From Macrostomum lignano (Eukaryota): 64,000 bases of DNA. A model generated the notes under the pieces. It made no database searches. It was not told the origin of the DNA and worked only from the letters and a program-made list of their open reading frames with translations. The translations under genes were made by a program, and so were the position numbers. The stretch's first letter is position 1, and each line of letters begins with the position of its first letter. The stretch is from assembly GCA_002269645.1 (NCBI GenBank), contig NIVC01002384.1, positions 56,523-120,522 on the forward strand, given 5' to 3'. Of this stretch, positions 13,945 through 35,359 are shown piece by piece.

Positions 13945-14480
13945 TCGTGTACGCACTGGGCGGTGAGGTTTAGGCGGCCATAGACAGTGAAGATAGAGAC
14001 ACTTGTGTACACACTGGGCGGTGAGGTTTAGGCCATAGACAGTGAAGATAAAGACACTTGTGTACACACTGGGCGGTGATGTTTAGGCCATAGACAGTGA
14101 AGATAAAGACACTTGTGTACACACTGGGCGGTGAGGTTTAGGCCATAGACAGTGAAGATAGAGACACTTGTGTACACACTGGGCGGTGAGGTTTAGACCA
14201 TAGACAGTGAAGATAGAGACACTTGTGTACACACTGGGCAGTGAGGTTTAGGCCATAGACAGTGAAGATAAAGACACTTGTGTACACACTGGGCAGTGAG
14301 GTTTAGGCCATAGACAGTGAAGATAAAGACACTTGTGTACACACTGGGCGGTGAGGTTTAGGCCATAGACAGTGAAGATAAAGACACTTGTGTACACACT
14401 GGGCGGTGGTTTAGGCCATATACAGTGAAGATAGAGACCTTGTGTACACACTGGGCGGTGGGGTTTAGGCCATAGACAAG
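13945..14480. repeat. 55-bp minisatellite (CACTTGTGTACACACTGGGCGGTGAGGTTTAGGCCATAGACAGTGAAGATAAAGA)n
   Basis: Period 55 (14000, 14055...); about 10 copies. Confidence 0.95.
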
Positions 14481-15304
14481 ATTGTAAGAGACTGATCAAA
14501 ACTGCAAACTGCTAGGAATTATGGTAAAAAGACTGACTTTCCTAATTTAATTTTTCTGAACATTCGCTCAGAAGCAATTTTAGGGGACCTGTCAGACTAG
14601 CTGGCAGATGGATGAGGTAAGCAGAAAATTTTCCTTCCACCGAAAGAAACCAGAAAGAAGAGAAGAAAAACAATTTCCATTTTCTAAATGCACAAGCAAA
14701 AGAGAAAAAAAGTCGTTGACCAGGATTCGATAGCAAGCAAGCGCTTTTGCTTGCCCGCTTCTGGCTGACTGCTGCTGATGGGAAATAGAATTACGTAATA
14801 ATCCCCTATCCTCCCAACGCGTCACCTCGGCACTATCCACCCCCCCCCCGCTAAAGGGTCAATGTTAGAGACTTCGCTCTAGTGTGTTTTAGCGTGCTGG
14901 TATAATCGGAGTGAGTCATTTCTCGTGCCAACGCCATGGTCCCCCACCTGGTAAGGCTCTGTCAGCTTTATAGTATTAATAGATTGCAATAATAACACAT
15001 AGTATTATGGCTTTGCAACCCCCCCCCCCGGTTTAGCCATATGAAACACGAGGGGAGAGGGGCAACGTTGGAGGGGAGGCGCGTACGAGTCATCGAAAGC
15101 AGGCGGCTCTTTCGCCCGATGACTCAATGCGAGTGCTTCGATAGACTCGTGACCATCTTGTCTGCCAGTCTAATTCATTTTACAGCTAATAACTGGAATA
15201 TGAAAGTTAAACATCGTGTGTGTGATTTTATTAAATTTTATTGAGTAGATTATGATTATATTTTTGGTATTGGTTTTTTTAATGACTAGATTTTTCACTA
15301 GTGT

Positions 15305-15725
15305 GATGTGACTAGATTTCAGTTTAGTTTGGCTAGATTTCAGTTTAGTTTGGCTAGATTTCAGTTTAGTGTTATTTGATTTCAGATTGATTGTGACTAG
15401 ATTTCAGTTTAATGTGACTAGATTTCAGTTTAGAGATTAGATTTCAGTTTAGTATGACTAAATTTCAGATTGATTGTGACTAGATTTCAGTTTAGTTTGG
15501 CTAGATTTCAGTTTAATGTGACTAGATTTCAGTTTCGAGATTAGATTTCAGTTTGGAGATTAGATTTCAGTTTAATGTGACTAGATTTCAGTTTCGAGAT
15601 TAGATTTCAGTTTGGAGATTAGATTTCAGTTTAATGTGACTAGATTTCAGTTTCGAGATTAGATTTCAGTTTGGAGATTAGATTTCAGTTTAGAGATTAG
15701 ATTTCAGTTTAGCGTGACTAGACTT
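15305..15725. repeat. ~20-bp minisatellite with core TAGATTTCAGTTT
   Basis: About 20 diverged tandem copies. Confidence 0.9.
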
Positions 15726-16435
15726 TAATTCCGTAACTCGAATAACAAGATTTCTATCCAGAGTGAGCAGATTCATATTTAGAGTGGCCATATTTAGGTA
15801 AAGAGCAACTAGATTAGTAATTAGAATGTCTAGACAATCGCACCGACGGCTTGCTTGAAGAATCAAAACGAGCGCGGGATCCGCATACTAATTGCAGGCA
15901 GAAGAAGCAAAATGGGGAACTCAGCTGAGCACTGCCTGTCCGCCCTCGCCCACTAATTTGGGGATAATTTTTTTCGCTCTCTCGCAGACTGCAGGGTTTT
16001 TTCGCCTTGCAGGAAAAGCGATGCATTTCCAAATTTGGTATCTCCAAATTTGGTGCAGCAAAATTACTGTATTTGAGCATAGCGGCGAAGAAAAGCCGAT
16101 TAGCGTTGGACTGTTAGTCAGTGTACTTTTAGTTCCACAGGAGAGCTCAATGAGAAGTTTTTATAAATTAGTTAAACATTTCCACTGAGCCCGGAAGCGA
16201 AAACAGTTGACGACAAAAGTGCAAGGCCTTTTTGGTAATTGGTAATTGGTAATTAAAAAGGCCGCGAGAGTAAACACATTTTTGAAGGCTTAAATTATAA
16301 ATAAGATTATTACTGGTTTATATTTCAAATGTTTTCAGATATTAGAAATGCAATATAAATGCCAATTAGAATTTATATTGAATAGCAATTCATTACTGTG
16401 AACTAGCATTACATATTATGACAATTATTGACAGC

Positions 16436-17045
16436 GGGTGTGACAGTGGGATGAGTGTGACAGTGAGGTAAGTGTGACAGTGAGGTAAGTGTGACAGTGA
16501 GGTAAGTGTGACAGTGAGGTGAGTGTGACAGTGAGGTGAGTGTGACAGTGAGGTGAGTGTGACAGTGAGGTGAGTGTGACAATGAGGTGAGTGTGACAGT
16601 GAGGTGAGTGTGACAGTGAGGTGAGTGTGACAGTGAGGTGAGTGTGACAATGAGGTGAGTGTGACAGTGAGGTGGGTGTGACAATGAGGTGAGTGTGACA
16701 GTGAGGTGAGTGTGACAGTGAGGTGAGTGTGACAATGAGGTGAGTGTGACAGTGAGGTGAGTGTGACAATGAGGTGAGTGTGACAATGAGGTGAGTGTGA
16801 CAGTGAGGTGAGTGTGACAATGAGGTGAGTGTGACAGTGAGGTGGGTGTGACAATGAGGTGAGTGTGACAGTGAGGTGGGTGTGACAATGAGGTGAGTGT
16901 GACAGTGAGGTGAGTGTGACAATGAGGTGAGTGTGACAATGAGGTGAGTGTGACAATGAGGTGAGTGTGACAATGAGGTGAGTGTGACAGTGAGTTGAGT
17001 GTGACAGTGCGGTGTGACAGTGAGGTGAGGTGTGACAGTGAGGTG
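16436..17045. repeat. 17-bp minisatellite (GTGTGACAGTGAGGTGA)n
   Basis: About 35 copies starting just downstream of the stop codon of the NTase-like gene. Confidence 0.95.
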
Positions 17046-17056
17046 GCAGTGCGAGC

Positions 17057-20000
17057 TCAGGAGGCGCACCGAATGCTGTCCTCCCTGTCAATTGTCTCCA
17101 GCGTGAGCCGCAGCGACTTAACATCGGCATCCTCAGCAGCCGACAAGCCGGCACTATCGACGCCGCCGCCAACATCGGCGACAACTTCGGCCAGCCGATC
17201 GCCCAGCAGCAGCCGGCGCCGGGCCTCCGCCAGCCTCGGACGGCAGCTGTCGATTGCAGCAGACAACAACGAAGCCTCCGCCTGCGACAATCCGCCGCCG
17301 TCGAATCCCAATTCAACAGCATCTTCAAGAGCGTCTAGCAGCTGCTGGCCGAGGCTGGCGGCCCCGCCGGCAGCGGCTCCGCAGCGGAGGCGAGCTCCGA
17401 ACTCGGCTGGCAGGCCGGCAGGCGTCAGCGCCGCCCGAATGTCGGGCAGAGGCGGCAGGCGACCCCGCCGGTGCATTGACCAGCACAGCAGCAGCAGCAG
17501 GTGCCAGTCGGTCAGGCCGGGCTCGAGCTCAGGCATCAGCAGGCACTGCATAGCAACTAGGATTGGGCGCAGCGGGGGGCAATGCTTGGCCAGCTCGATG
17601 CCCAACTGCTGGTCGAGCATCGCCCGGCTCCGCTCGGCCTCGCCGTGAATCGAATCGATGCGGATCCGGCAGTCAAGGAGGCTGTGCCGCAGGACCAGAC
17701 TGGCAGCATTCTCCATTGTGCCCGACTCCACAGAGCAGCTGGGGTCCGCCAGCAGCAGCAGGCGTGCCAGAGTGGACGGAGTTGGCGCCGGCGAAGAGCG
17801 AAGCAGATCGAACAGCTGCTCAGCCTGGGTGGAGTAGCTGCAGAGAGATTTGGGAGATTAGGTGGAATGTTGAGTGCATGTGGGAGAATAAGGTTGGGTG
17901 GGATCAGGGTGATTGGGATCTAGATGGGAAAAGAGTGGGATCTAGATGGGAAAGAGTGGGATCTAGATGGGAAAGAGTGGGATCTAGATGGGAAAGAGTG
18001 GGATCTAGATGGGAAAGAGTGGGATCTAGATGAGAGAGTGGAATCTAGATGAGAGAGTGGGATCTAGATGGGAGAGTGGGATCTAGATGAGAGAGTGAGA
18101 TCTAGATGAGATAGTGTGATCTAGATGGGAGAGTGAGATCTAGATGAGAGAGTGAGATCTAGATGAGATAGTGTGATCTAGATGGGAGAGTGGGATCTAG
18201 ATGAGAGAGTGTGATCTAGATGAGAGTGGAATCTAGATGGGAGAGTGGGATCTAGATGGGAGAGTGGGATCTAGATGGGAGAGTGGGATCTAGATGAGAT
18301 AGTGTGATCTAGATGGGAGAGTGGGATCTAGATGAGAGAGTGTGATCTAGATGAGAGTGGAATCTAGATGGGAGAGTGGGATCTAGATGGGAGAGTGGGA
18401 TCTAGATGGGAGAGTGGGATCTAGATGAGAGAGTGTGATCTAGATGAGAGTGGAATCTAGATGGGAGAGTGGGATCTAGATGGGAGAGTGGGATCTAGAT
18501 GGGAGAGTGGGATCTAGATGGGAGAGTGGGATCTAGATGGGAGAGTGAGATCTAGATGAGAGAGTGGGATCTAGATGAGAGAGTGGGATCTAGATGGGAG
18601 AGTGTGATCTAGATGAGAGAGTGTGATCTAGATGGGAGAGTGTGATCTAGATGAGAGAGTGGAATCTAGATGGGAGAGTGGGATCTAGATGAAAAAGAAT
18701 GGGATCTGGGTCGGGAGAATGTTATCCTTGCACTAAAATATAGGAGTTTAAGGATGGGAAAGATAAATGATGTAAGGATGGGGAAGATCGGTGTAGGAAG
18801 ATGGGAAGATCAGTGTGGGAAGATGGGAAGATCAGTGTGGGAAGATGGCAAGATCAGTGTGGGAAGATGGGAAGATCAGTGTGGGAAGATGGGAAGATCA
18901 GTGTGGGAAGATGGCAAGATCAGTGTGGGAAGATGGCAAGATCAGTGTGGGAAGATGGGAAGATCAGTATGGCATATAATAAGCCATGACGTCAGATCCC
19001 AATATAAAGTTGAATGAAGTTATAGTTAAAATAAAATAATTTACGAACTAAACTGACGCCGGCAAAGCGAAATTATTTAAGAAAGCGAATAATCTGGTCA
19101 AAGCAGTGAATAGCTTCGCGCGCGTCACTACACGAGCCGTTTGTTGAAAAGAAATTGAAACAGAAAGTCAAAGGAATACAAATCCGCACTTATTCAAGCG
19201 AACGTCACAGGCTGTTCATAGGTTGCAGAAGAGATTTTTTCACCAAGAGAACGGATGGATAATCGTTGCGCCCTGTTATTCAATTTAATTGGCTCAATTT
19301 AGCCAGGCAAACCGCCTCCCAAATACTGCATTGGTAATTAAATGCATTGCAGCTGCTTATTCGGCAAATCCTCTGGCTGACTGAACCAGCCTTGAGGCTA
19401 CGCTTCAAAGAGATTTTAGGGCCTGGACAGGTGTACAGGTGTGACGCATCCTTCATAATTAGGGCCGTATTTTGACGTATTTTATTGCGGAAATAAAACA
19501 AATAAAACAGTTAGGGTTTAAATCAATCTGCCGACTTTCTAAGAAAATCCTAATCTTATAATTGAATACTATCATTCTCATCCTATAGAAATAATATCTA
19601 ATCACAGCGAACTCCTCATTTATAAATCCCACCCAGCACTTAGAAATCCCACCCAGCATTTATAAATTCCACTCAACATTTAAAATTCCCACCCATCACT
19701 TAGAAATTCCACCAATCACTTAGAAATCCCACCCAGCATTTAGAAATCCCACTTAACTTTTAGAAATCCCACCCAACATTTAGAAATCCCACTCAACATT
19801 TAGAAATCCTACTCAACATTTAGAAATCCCACCCAACATTTAGAAACCCCACCCAACATTTAGAAATCCCACTCAACATTTAGAAATCCTACTCAACATT
19901 TAGAAACCCCACCCAACATTTAGAAACCCCACCCAACATTTAGAAACCCCACCCAACATTTAGAAATCCCACTCAACATTTAGAAATCCTACTCAACATT

Positions 20001-21944
20001 TAGAAATCCCACCCAACATTTAGAAATCCCACTCAACATTTAGAAATCCCACTCAACATTTAGAATTCCCACCCATCACTTAGAATTCCCACCCATCACT
20101 TAGAAATCCCACCCAGTATTTAGAAATCCCACTCAAAATTTAGAAATCCCAAAAAGCATTTGGAAATCCCACTCAACATTTAGAAATCCCACTCAACATT
20201 TAGAAATCCCACTCAACATTTAGAAATCCCACTCAACATTTAGAAATCCCACTCAACATTTAGAATTCCCACCCATCATTTAGAAATCCCACTCAACATT
20301 TAGAAATCCCACTCAACATTTAGAAATCCCACTCAACATTTAGAAATCCCACCCAGCATTTAGAAATCCCCACCAAGCATTTGGAAATCCCACTCAACAT
20401 TTAGAAATCCCACCCAACATTTAGAAATCCCACTCAACATTTAGAAATCCCACTCAACATTTAGAAATCCCACTCAACATTTAGAAATCCCACTCAACAT
20501 TTAGAAATTCCACTCAACATTTAGAAATTCCACTCAACATTTAGAAATCCCACTCAACATTTGGAAATCCCACTCAACATTTAGAAATCCCACTCAACAT
20601 TTAGAAATCCCACTCAACATTTAGAATTCCCACCCATCATTTAGAAATCCCACTCAACATTTAGAAATCCCACTCAACATTTAGAAATCCCACTCAACAT
20701 TTAGAAATCCCACCCAGCATTTAGAAATCCCCACCAAGCATTTGGAAATCCCACTCAACATTTAGAAATCCCACCCAACATTTAGAAATCCCACTCAACA
20801 TTTAGAAATTCCACTCAACATTTAGAAATCCCACTCAACATTTAGAAATCCCACCCAGCATTTAGAAATCCCAAAAAGCATTTGGAAATCCCACTCAACA
20901 TTTAGAAATCCCATCCAACAATTAGAATTCCCACACAGCATTTAGAAAGCCCACTCAACATTTAGAAATCTCACCCAGCATTTAGAAATCCCACTCAAAA
21001 TTTAGAAATCCCACCCAACAATTAGAATTCCTCACAGCATTTAGAAATCCCACTCTCAACATTTAGAAATCCCACTCAACATTTAGAAAGCCCACTCAAC
21101 ATTTAGAAATCTCACCCAGCATTTAGAAATCCCCACAAAGCATTTGGAAATCCCACTCAACATTTAGAAATCCCATCCAAGCGAAATCCTCACCGAGGCT
21201 CCCTAGTGTTAAACGCGGCCGCGTCAACCGCCGCGGGTTCCTTCGACCGACCGCCGCCGCCGCTGCCACCCCGGCACTGCCGTTGCCTCGGCAGCATCAG
21301 CAGGCTGAGCGGCGCGCCCCTGACGCCGAAGCCGCAGCGGGAGCCGCCGACAATGACCACCCGCCGGTCGAGCCCTACCGCCGCCGCCAGCCGGTCGCAC
21401 TGGACGGCCACCAGATGACGCGCCAGCAGCTCAGGCTCCGGCAGCAGAGCCGACAGACACAGCCGCATGGCCTGGCCGGACAAACCGGCAGCTGTAAAAT
21501 TTGTCGGGCTGGTCGCCAGGCTGAGCCCGGCTAGGCGGAACACGCCAGGGCTCAGGCGCTGGCGTCGGCACTCCGACGATTCAGCCGCCGCCGCCAAGGC
21601 CCAGGCCGGGTCGCCGAGCACCGGCGACGGTAGGAAGAATCTGCCGCTTCGTGCGGCTGCAGTCCCGGCGCCGACCAGGTAGTCGCGAACCTCGGACCAA
21701 TGCTCCAGCTCCACTAGCAGGGCGCCGCAGCCGGCGCCGCTGCGCAGAAAGTACGCGGCTTGGCGAAGCCGCCGGGGCCGCCAACCGCTGACTTCGAGCA
21801 GCGACGGCGCCGCCAGCGCAGCCGGGTGGACGCGCGCTAAAAGGCAGCGCGCCGCAGTGGCGCGGATTGCTGTTAAGCCTTTTGTCTGGAAAATGTTCAG
21901 ACAGTATGCTGACGGCACCCAGTTTCATTACTCGCAAGCCTCAT
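17057..21944 (-). CDS. MTPAP/TUT-like non-canonical poly(A) polymerase homologue, apparently catalytically dead (~489 aa)
   Basis: Exons 21869-21194 (donor CG|GTGAG) and 17837-17057 (acceptor tctctctgcag|) join in frame. A tentative 13-nt first exon 21944-21932 gives MRLATIRATAARCLLAR, which looks like a mitochondrial presequence. Motifs: RL-like ALLVEL; NTase VIVGGSRCGFGVRGAPLSLLM (family FGSSVNGFG..GCDLDLFL); LDCRI (family QCDL); central LRPILVAMQC...LTDWHLLLLLCWSMHRRGRLPPL (family VR.LV..VR.WA...LTNFSLTMMVIFFLQ...LP). The 5' end is uncertain. Confidence 0.7.
17915..18970. repeat. Intronic minisatellites: 19-21-bp (GGGATCTAGATGGGAGAGT)n then 22-bp (GGGAAGATCAGTGTGGGAAGAT)n
   Basis: Arrays at 17915-18700 and ~18770-18970 inside the large intron of the NTase-like gene. 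Confidence 0.94.
19615..21180. repeat. 20-bp minisatellite (TTTAGAAATCCCACTCAACA)n
   Basis: About 78 copies ending just before the splice donor at 21193. Confidence 0.96.
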
Positions 21945-22009
21945 TCCAGCCTGATTATCATGGACTGGAGTCTGTCTGGTCTTAGTGCTATTGTCTGTAT
22001 TTTCTTTTC

Positions 22010-22400
22010 TTAGCGCGCCACTGTGTCTGTCTTGTCCTGTCTTAGCACCACTGTGTCTGTCCTGTCCTGTCTTAGCGCCACTGTGTCTGTCTTGTCCTGT
22101 CTTAGCGCCACTGTGTCTGTCTTGTCCTGTCTTAGCGCCATTGTGTCTGTCTTGTCCTGTCTTAGTGCCATTGTGTCTGTCTTGTCCTGTCTTAGCGCCA
22201 TTGTGTCTGTCTTGTCCTGTCTTAGCGCCATTGTGTCTGTCTTGTCCTGTCTTAGTGCCATTGTGTCTGTCTTGTCCTGTCTTAGCACCACTGTGTCTGT
22301 CTTGTCCTGTCTTAGCGCCACTGTGTCTGTCTTGTCCTGTCTTAGCGCCACTGTGTCTGTCTTTTCCTGTCTTAGCGCCATTGTGTCCGTCCTGTCTTTG
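22010..22400. repeat. 30-bp minisatellite (CTTAGCGCCACTGTGTCTGTCTTGTCCTGT)n
   Basis: About 13 tandem copies. Confidence 0.95.
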
Positions 22401-22664
22401 TCTTTGTCTCCTGTCTCTGTCTCTACAGTCGTGTCTGTATCTGTCCGTCTGTCAGTCTGTCTGTCAATCAATCAGTCAGTCAGCATTTTTAAATTGGAAA
22501 ATAATCTCAAAGCTAATTTCAAACGCACTAAATAACCCTGATCTCTTGGCATCGCTTCATTGCCATTTTCTACCCTCTTTGAATTAGTGAGGCTTTGGTT
22601 GTACTTTTTCAGCAAACCTCTGCTGCTGTCATTGAGTGCGCTTGGCGGACGCAGCTGCTTTATG

Positions 22665-23570
<906 letters not shown>

Positions 23571-23949
23571 GCGATTAGGTTTCAATCGCATAAGAATTTT
23601 ATCCTTTTATGTCTATTTTTACAACCAGAGCCTGAGGCAGAAAAGTCGCGTCCTAATGCGCTCTGTAGAGCCGATTATCATTTTGTGGAACAGAAATTCT
23701 ATTTTAAGAAATAATTGAAGCTTGCCCCATCAGCCCATTGAGCACCGTAGACCAGCCTTGGTTCAGAAAAGGCTTCTTCTTCTACGAGTAGAATGAACCG
23801 CGAAGAGGCTTTTGCAATTAAAAAGATATTCAATGATGGATATGAAGAATTGGTCTTCAGCGATTAATGTTGTAGTATGGCTAGGACTGGATGATCTCGA
23901 CCCTTCTCAAATTAATATCGTTGTAATCTCAAATATAGACGGACATAAT

Positions 23950-23971
23950 ACAGACAGACTGAAAGACAGAA

Positions 23972-24028
<57 letters not shown>

Positions 24029-24043
24029 CTAAGACAGACACTA

Positions 24044-24076
<33 letters not shown>

Positions 24077-24123
24077 CTAAGACAGACAGACAGACAGACA
24101 AACACTAAGACAGACAGACACTA

Positions 24124-24156
<33 letters not shown>

Positions 24157-24351
24157 CTAAGACAGACAGACAGACAGACAAACACTAAGACAGACAGACA
24201 CTAAGACAGACAGACACTAAGACACTAAGACAGACAGACAGACAGACAGACACTAAGACAGACAGACACTAAGACAGACAGACACTAAGACAGACAGACA
24301 GACAGACACTAAGACAGACAGAGAGACAGACAGACAGACAGACACTAATAA

Positions 24352-24384
<33 letters not shown>

Positions 24385-24447
24385 CTAAGACAGACAGACA
24401 GACAGACAGACACTAAGACAGACAGACAGACAGACAGACAGACACTA

Positions 24448-24516
<69 letters not shown>

Positions 24517-24523
24517 CTAAGAA

Positions 24524-24604
<81 letters not shown>

Positions 24605-24607
24605 CTA

Positions 24608-24644
<37 letters not shown>

Positions 24645-24711
24645 CTAAGACAGACACTAAGACAGACAGACAGACACTAAGAAAGACAGACAGACAGATA
24701 GACAGACAGAC

Positions 24712-24782
<71 letters not shown>

Positions 24783-24785
24783 TGG
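23950..24785. repeat. (GACA)n microsatellite with CACTAA interruptions
   Basis: About 830 bp run. Confidence 0.97.
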
Positions 24786-26204
24786 AGTAGCAGACACAAG
24801 ACCCGGAGAAGAGGATAAATAAGAGACAGTGAGACATTCCATTGTAAACTGAAGAGCACGGCAAGATAACACTTTAATATTCCTGTTCAGCAGAGCAAAG
24901 CAAAAACGGAAGGGTAAAAAATCAACTCCAAAGCCTAGCCCCCTCCCCTACATCCAGCCGAGAGAGCACGCGCGACTTGAAAATGCGTAGGCGGGCTGGC
25001 CTGAGGAGGCGGAGGGAAGAGAGGAAGAGTCGATCCAGCAGCCGAACAAAAGAGAAGGCCTTGCGGAATATGGGAGATGCGTAGGCGACTTGAAGAGGCG
25101 AGAAACGAAAGCTATTTTTAAACAAGCCGCATCGTTTCGAAATTCTTGATTCCGATTTTGTCCTCGAGTTTGCACCAGATATAAGACGGGAAATCAGGAA
25201 TCCGATAGCTGGATCCCGGAGGGGAGAGGGGAACAATATTTTTAGACAGAAAAATATTTTTGATGATATTATCCGTGCTGAATTTTAATACGTGCCTTTT
25301 CTATATATGAACTTCCTAGATCAGAAAACGACGAAGGAAAAACAGTAAAGCATCGCCGATATGTTGTGTATTTAACTTTTCTCGCATTGAAAAAGAGTGA
25401 CAAGAGGTGTCAGGTGTATAAAAAAAGCGGCTTCAACTTTCGCTACTGCCTACTTACTCAGTAAAAATAAAGACAAAATGCTATAAAACTTATTTATGCA
25501 TATACTATAGCCACATACCTAAAAAAGCCATTTAAATTATGGAGACAAACGGGAATTTAATTTGGATAATTTGGATTAGAGTCTGCATCGGTCTCTCTCT
25601 ACAATTTCAGTTATGTATATATATTTTCTCAGATTATTCGATTAATAACAGACATATGTAGTAAAGTGCAGCATAAGAACAGAAATCTTAATGATTTTAA
25701 AAATAACTGCATTTTGAAAGCAACTTTTAGCGTGGACAAGCAAGAAGAATAAGACGCAATTTTAAATAATTTGTCCCGAGTCGAGCCGAAGCTGTTTAAT
25801 CAGGCTCCGTAACGCATAGTAAGTTTATAATGACGTTACTGTAAGCAATTATATGCTATGTGCTAATATACTTAGACAGCAAACAACAAAGACTGTGCAT
25901 TACAATCTACTCGATTGTGTACATATTGCGAAGCGTATATACTATATATACATTAACTCAACAAGACAGTACTTGTGAAAATATCTTCAAAGTCGCAAAC
26001 AATCTGCTTAAATATATACTGTTTAGACATTAGAGAAGCTAGCTTTTTGATTTAGTATTTTCACAGAAAAAACTTGGACACTACTCACTAGTGACAGTGA
26101 GTGGACACTAAGTGGAGAATGCAATTGGAGAACAGGCATTTCAAATAATGAGCGATGTTAACAAATAATAGAGGTCCACCAAAGGACCAAAGCGATTAAA
26201 GTGG

Positions 26205-26870
26205 CCCACCGAAGGATCAACAGGAATCACACCGAAGGACCACAGGAATCTCAGGGAATCGCACCGAAGGACCACAGGAATCGCACAGAAGGACCACAGA
26301 AATCGCACCGAAGGACCACAGAAATCACACCGAAGGACCACAGGAATCTCAGGGAATCGCACCGAAGGACCACAGGAATCGCACAGAAGGACCACAGAAA
26401 TCACACCGAAGGACCACAGGAATCGCACAGAAGTATCCAGGAATCACACCGAAGGACCACAGGAATCGTACCGAAGTACCACAGGAATCACACCGAAGGA
26501 CCACAGGAATCGCACAGAAGTATCCCAGGAATCGCACCGAAGGACCACAGGAATCGCACCGAAGGACCACAGGAATCGTACCGAAGTACCACAGGAATCG
26601 CACCGAAGGACCACAGGAATCGCACCGAAGGACCACAGGAATCTCAGGGAATCGCACCGAAGGACCACAGAAATCGTACCGAAGTACCACAGGAATCGCA
26701 CCGAAGGACCACAGGAATCGCACCGAAGGACCACAGGAATTGCACTGAAAGACCACAGGAATCGCACCGAAGGACCACAGGAATCTCAGGGAATCGCACC
26801 GAAGGACCACAGAAATCGCACCGGAGGACCCCAGGAGTCGCACCAAAGACCCCAGGAATCTCACAGGAGA
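26205..26870. repeat. 22-bp minisatellite (ACCACAGGAATCGCACCGAAGG)n
   Basis: About 28 copies, some with a 9-bp insertion; lies just downstream of the UBE3B stop. Confidence 0.94.
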
Positions 26871-26956
26871 TAGATAGGGTCGTTTCTCAGAGAAACTTGA
26901 ACACAAGGCCATACAAATGGTCCCCCGAACAATTAAAACAATAGGCTTATGAAGGC

Positions 26957-34649
<7,693 letters not shown>

Positions 34650-34689
34650 TCGCTGGGCTGCGGGCGGCGGCGGAGTTGCCGTGTAATCT

Positions 34690-35035
34690 CGACTCTACCG
34701 TCTATTCTCTACTCCACTATCAACTCTACCGTCTATTCTCTACTCCACTATCAACTCTGACAGTCTATTTTCTACTCTACTATCAACTCTATCGTCTATT
34801 CACTATCAACTCTACCGTCTATTCTCTACTCTACTATCAACTCTGACAGTCTATTCTCTACTCCACTATCAACTCTACCGTCTATTCTCTACTCTACCAT
34901 CAACTCTACCGTCTATTCTCTACTCTACTATCAACTCTACCGTCTATTCTCTACTCTACTATAAACTCTACCATCTATTCTCTACTCTATAGTAGATTCT
35001 TTACTCTACCGTATATTCTCTACCCTATTATCTAC
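34690..35035. repeat. 31-bp minisatellite (CTCTACCGTCTATTCTCTACTCCACTATCAA)n between SDE2 and UBE3B
   Basis: Period 31 (34693, 34724...); about 11 copies. Confidence 0.92.
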
Positions 35036-35359
35036 TTCAGCATCTACTCCACTGTCTAAAATTTACGCAATGAATCTCACTTTTAAACAATGCCTAAATA
35101 GTAACAAAAATATTTTACAAACCGATGCATAAAAACAAAAAACGGCAAAAATTCAATATAGTTTGCTTTTTCGCGATTAATTAATGTATTACACGAGAAA
35201 GATGCAGCATTTGCATAAAATATAATTAATATGTAGTAATTTTTTACGCACAAGTTAGAGAGAACGCAACGCATATTTCTGGTTACGAGTGTTGTTAAAT
35301 GAAGCAGCATTTAATTGAAGCCAAGGCTCTGGCTGGTTAAAAAACACTTCTTAGAAAGG

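Noticed and set aside
12684-14480. CRISPR-like regularly spaced repeats (43-bp and 55-bp units)
   Set aside because: Whole units repeat with no unique spacers, there are no cas genes, and the context is eukaryotic.
7770-15126. AP-1 sites (TGACTCA/TGAGTCA) around the IER-like gene
   Set aside because: I noticed about 8 in the whole window, close to chance expectation for a 7-mer on two strands.
24922-25236. Arg/Ser-rich ORFs between the NTase-like gene and UBE3B
   Set aside because: No motif, splice context or consistent frame.
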